Part shown: positions 62,628 to 64,000 of the stretch, piece after piece
Position numbering within the stretch: position 1 is the first letter of the stretch
Layout of the letters: each line of letters opens with the position of its first letter
Source of the DNA: an uncultured delta proteobacterium
Lineage (GTDB): Bacteria > Myxococcota_A > UBA9160 > SMWR01
Assembly (NCBI GenBank): GCA_963832165.1
Contig: CAWHTE010000011.1
Location: 96,001 to 160,000 of the forward strand
Reading direction: 5' to 3'
Length of the DNA: 64,000 bases
Notes under the pieces: model-generated
Told to the model about the DNA's origin: nothing
The model's input: the letters and a program-made list of their open reading frames with translations, nothing else
Database searches by the model: none
Program-made: the position numbers and the translations under genes

Positions 62628-63485
62628 ATGCCGATCGATCCCAACAAGGCGCGCGGTGCACGACTTCCCGACGGAGAGAGCTCGTACACGAAGGATCAGG
62701 TGATCCTCTACCACCTCGGACTCGGCGCGGGCGTGCCCGCCACCGATCCCAAGGAGCTCGAGTACACCTACGAGAAGAACCTCAAGGTGCTGCCGAGCTT
62801 CGCGGTGGTCCCGGGATTCGGCTCGATGGGCGGGATCGCGAGCGTTCCGGGCATGCAGTTCAACTTCGCGATGCTGCTGCACGGCGAGCAGGAGGTGATC
62901 CTGCACCGGCCGCTGCCGGTCGAGGCCAAGCTCAAGACCAGCGCGCACATCCCCGAGATCTACGACAAGGGCAAGGCCGCGCTCGTGATCCTCGAGGCGG
63001 GCGCGAAGAACGCGGCCGACGATCAGCCGCTGTACACGAACCGCATGTCGCTGTTCATCCGCGGCGAGGGCGGATTCGGCGGCGACTCGGGGCCGAAGGT
63101 CGGCAATGCGGCACCCGAGCGCGCGCCCGACGGCCTCGTGGAGCGCAAGACGCTCCCGCAGCAGGCGCTGATCTATCGCCTCTCCGGCGACAAGAATCCG
63201 CTCCATGCCGATCCCGACTTCGCGAAGATGGGCGGCTTCGACACGCCGATCATCCACGGGCTGTGCTCGTACGGAATCGCCTGCAAGGCGATCGTCGACG
63301 AGGTGCTCGACGGCGACGTGTCGCAGGTGGCGCGCTATCAGGCGCGCTTCGCGGGCGTGGCGTTCCCGGGCGAGACCTACCGGATCGCGTACTGGAAGGA
63401 CGGCGCGAAGCGGATCCTGCTCGAGGCGTCGAGCGTCGAGCGCAGCGCGAAGATCATCAGCAACGCGGTGATCGAGCTGCGGTAA
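62628..63485 (+). CDS. MaoC-like (R)-enoyl-CoA hydratase 2
   Basis: LLHGEQ and YRLSGDKNPLHADP...HGLC motifs. Confidence 0.92.
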   Translation: MPIDPNKARGARLPDGESSYTKDQVILYHLGLGAGVPATDPKELEYTYEKNLKVLPSFAVVPGFGSMGGIASVPGMQFNFAMLLHGEQEVILHRPLPVEAKLKTSAHIPEIYDKGKAALVILEAGAKNAADDQPLYTNRMSLFIRGEGGFGGDSGPKVGNAAPERAPDGLVERKTLPQQALIYRLSGDKNPLHADPDFAKMGGFDTPIIHGLCSYGIACKAIVDEVLDGDVSQVARYQARFAGVAFPGETYRIAYWKDGAKRILLEASSVERSAKIISNAVIELR

Positions 63486-63487
63486 AC

Positions 63488-63526
63488 GGCGGGATCCGCT
63501 CGCTGCGCTCGCTTCTCCCGCCCTAC
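63488..63526 (-). repeat. GTAG-type REP-like palindrome
   Basis: Minus strand reads GTAGGGCGGGAGAAGCGAGCGCAGCGAGCGGATCCCGCC. It lies between convergent genes. Confidence 0.7.
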
Positions 63527-64000
63527 GGTCTTTCGGCGAGGAAGTCGCGCGCGACGTCGGAGGGCGACCGGCCCTCCGCGTCGACCGCGGCGTTCATGCG
63601 GCGCATCGCGTCGGCTTCGATCGTTCCGGCGAGCTCGCGCAGCGCTCCGACCACCTCGGGATGCTCGCGCGCGAGGCGCGCGGCTCGCGAGGACGATCGC
63701 GTCGTAGGGCGGGATCACGCCCAGGTCATCCTCGAGCACGGCGAGCCCGAGCGCCTCGATCCGGCCGTCCGTCGAGTACGCGCTGATCACGTCGACCTCG
63801 CGTTCGCGGAGGGCGCCGTACATGAGCGAGGGGTCCATCGCGCGCTGCGCGCGGAACGCGAGGCCGTAGACCGCCACGAGGGATTTCCACTCCGCGCGCG
63901 CGAAGAACTCGTAGTCGCCGCCGATCTCGAGCTCGGACGCGCGGCGGGCGAGCTCGCTGATCCGGGTCACCCCGAGCTCGCGCGCGCGATCGCGCCGCAT
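63523..64000 (-). CDS. OpuAC-type glycine betaine ABC substrate-binding domain, 3' part; frameshift near 63685
   Basis: VDVISAYSTDGRI, LEDD...PPYDA, then in a shifted frame EHPEV...MRRMNAAVD...VARDFL. Confidence 0.85.

Overview
This is a very GC-rich chromosomal segment, probably from a Myxococcota/deltaproteobacterial lineage (dnaX-ybaB-recR-mglB-mglA synteny, PEP-CTERM-type proteins). Bases 1-3650 are an integron-like cassette array: an attI-like site, one complete attC, decayed attC remnants, and four cassette genes. An IS110-family element sits exactly in the attC core (GTT|AG). Its 5' non-coding end shows a readable bridge-RNA layout with two internal loops. Three guide segments match this element's own ends and the attC side of the insertion site; the fourth encodes a different junction, giving a programmed target of TCCGTTAGGCAGCA. 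This is the most interesting system in the window. The rest is mostly housekeeping (greA, rpe-rsmB-fmt-def-priA, ffs, groESL, infA, fusA, three tRNAs) plus a peptide-ligase cluster (C39-like peptidase, RLAN-RimK, GCS2 ligase, N-formylglutamate amidohydrolase, divergent ATP-grasp), an ArsS-like radical SAM cluster, and a RAYT-like HUH transposase. Several dispersed palindromic repeats show compensatory base changes, and one lies in-frame inside a gene. Several genes, including mglA, carry single frameshifts that may be assembly errors. All calls come from reading motifs by eye; no searches were run.
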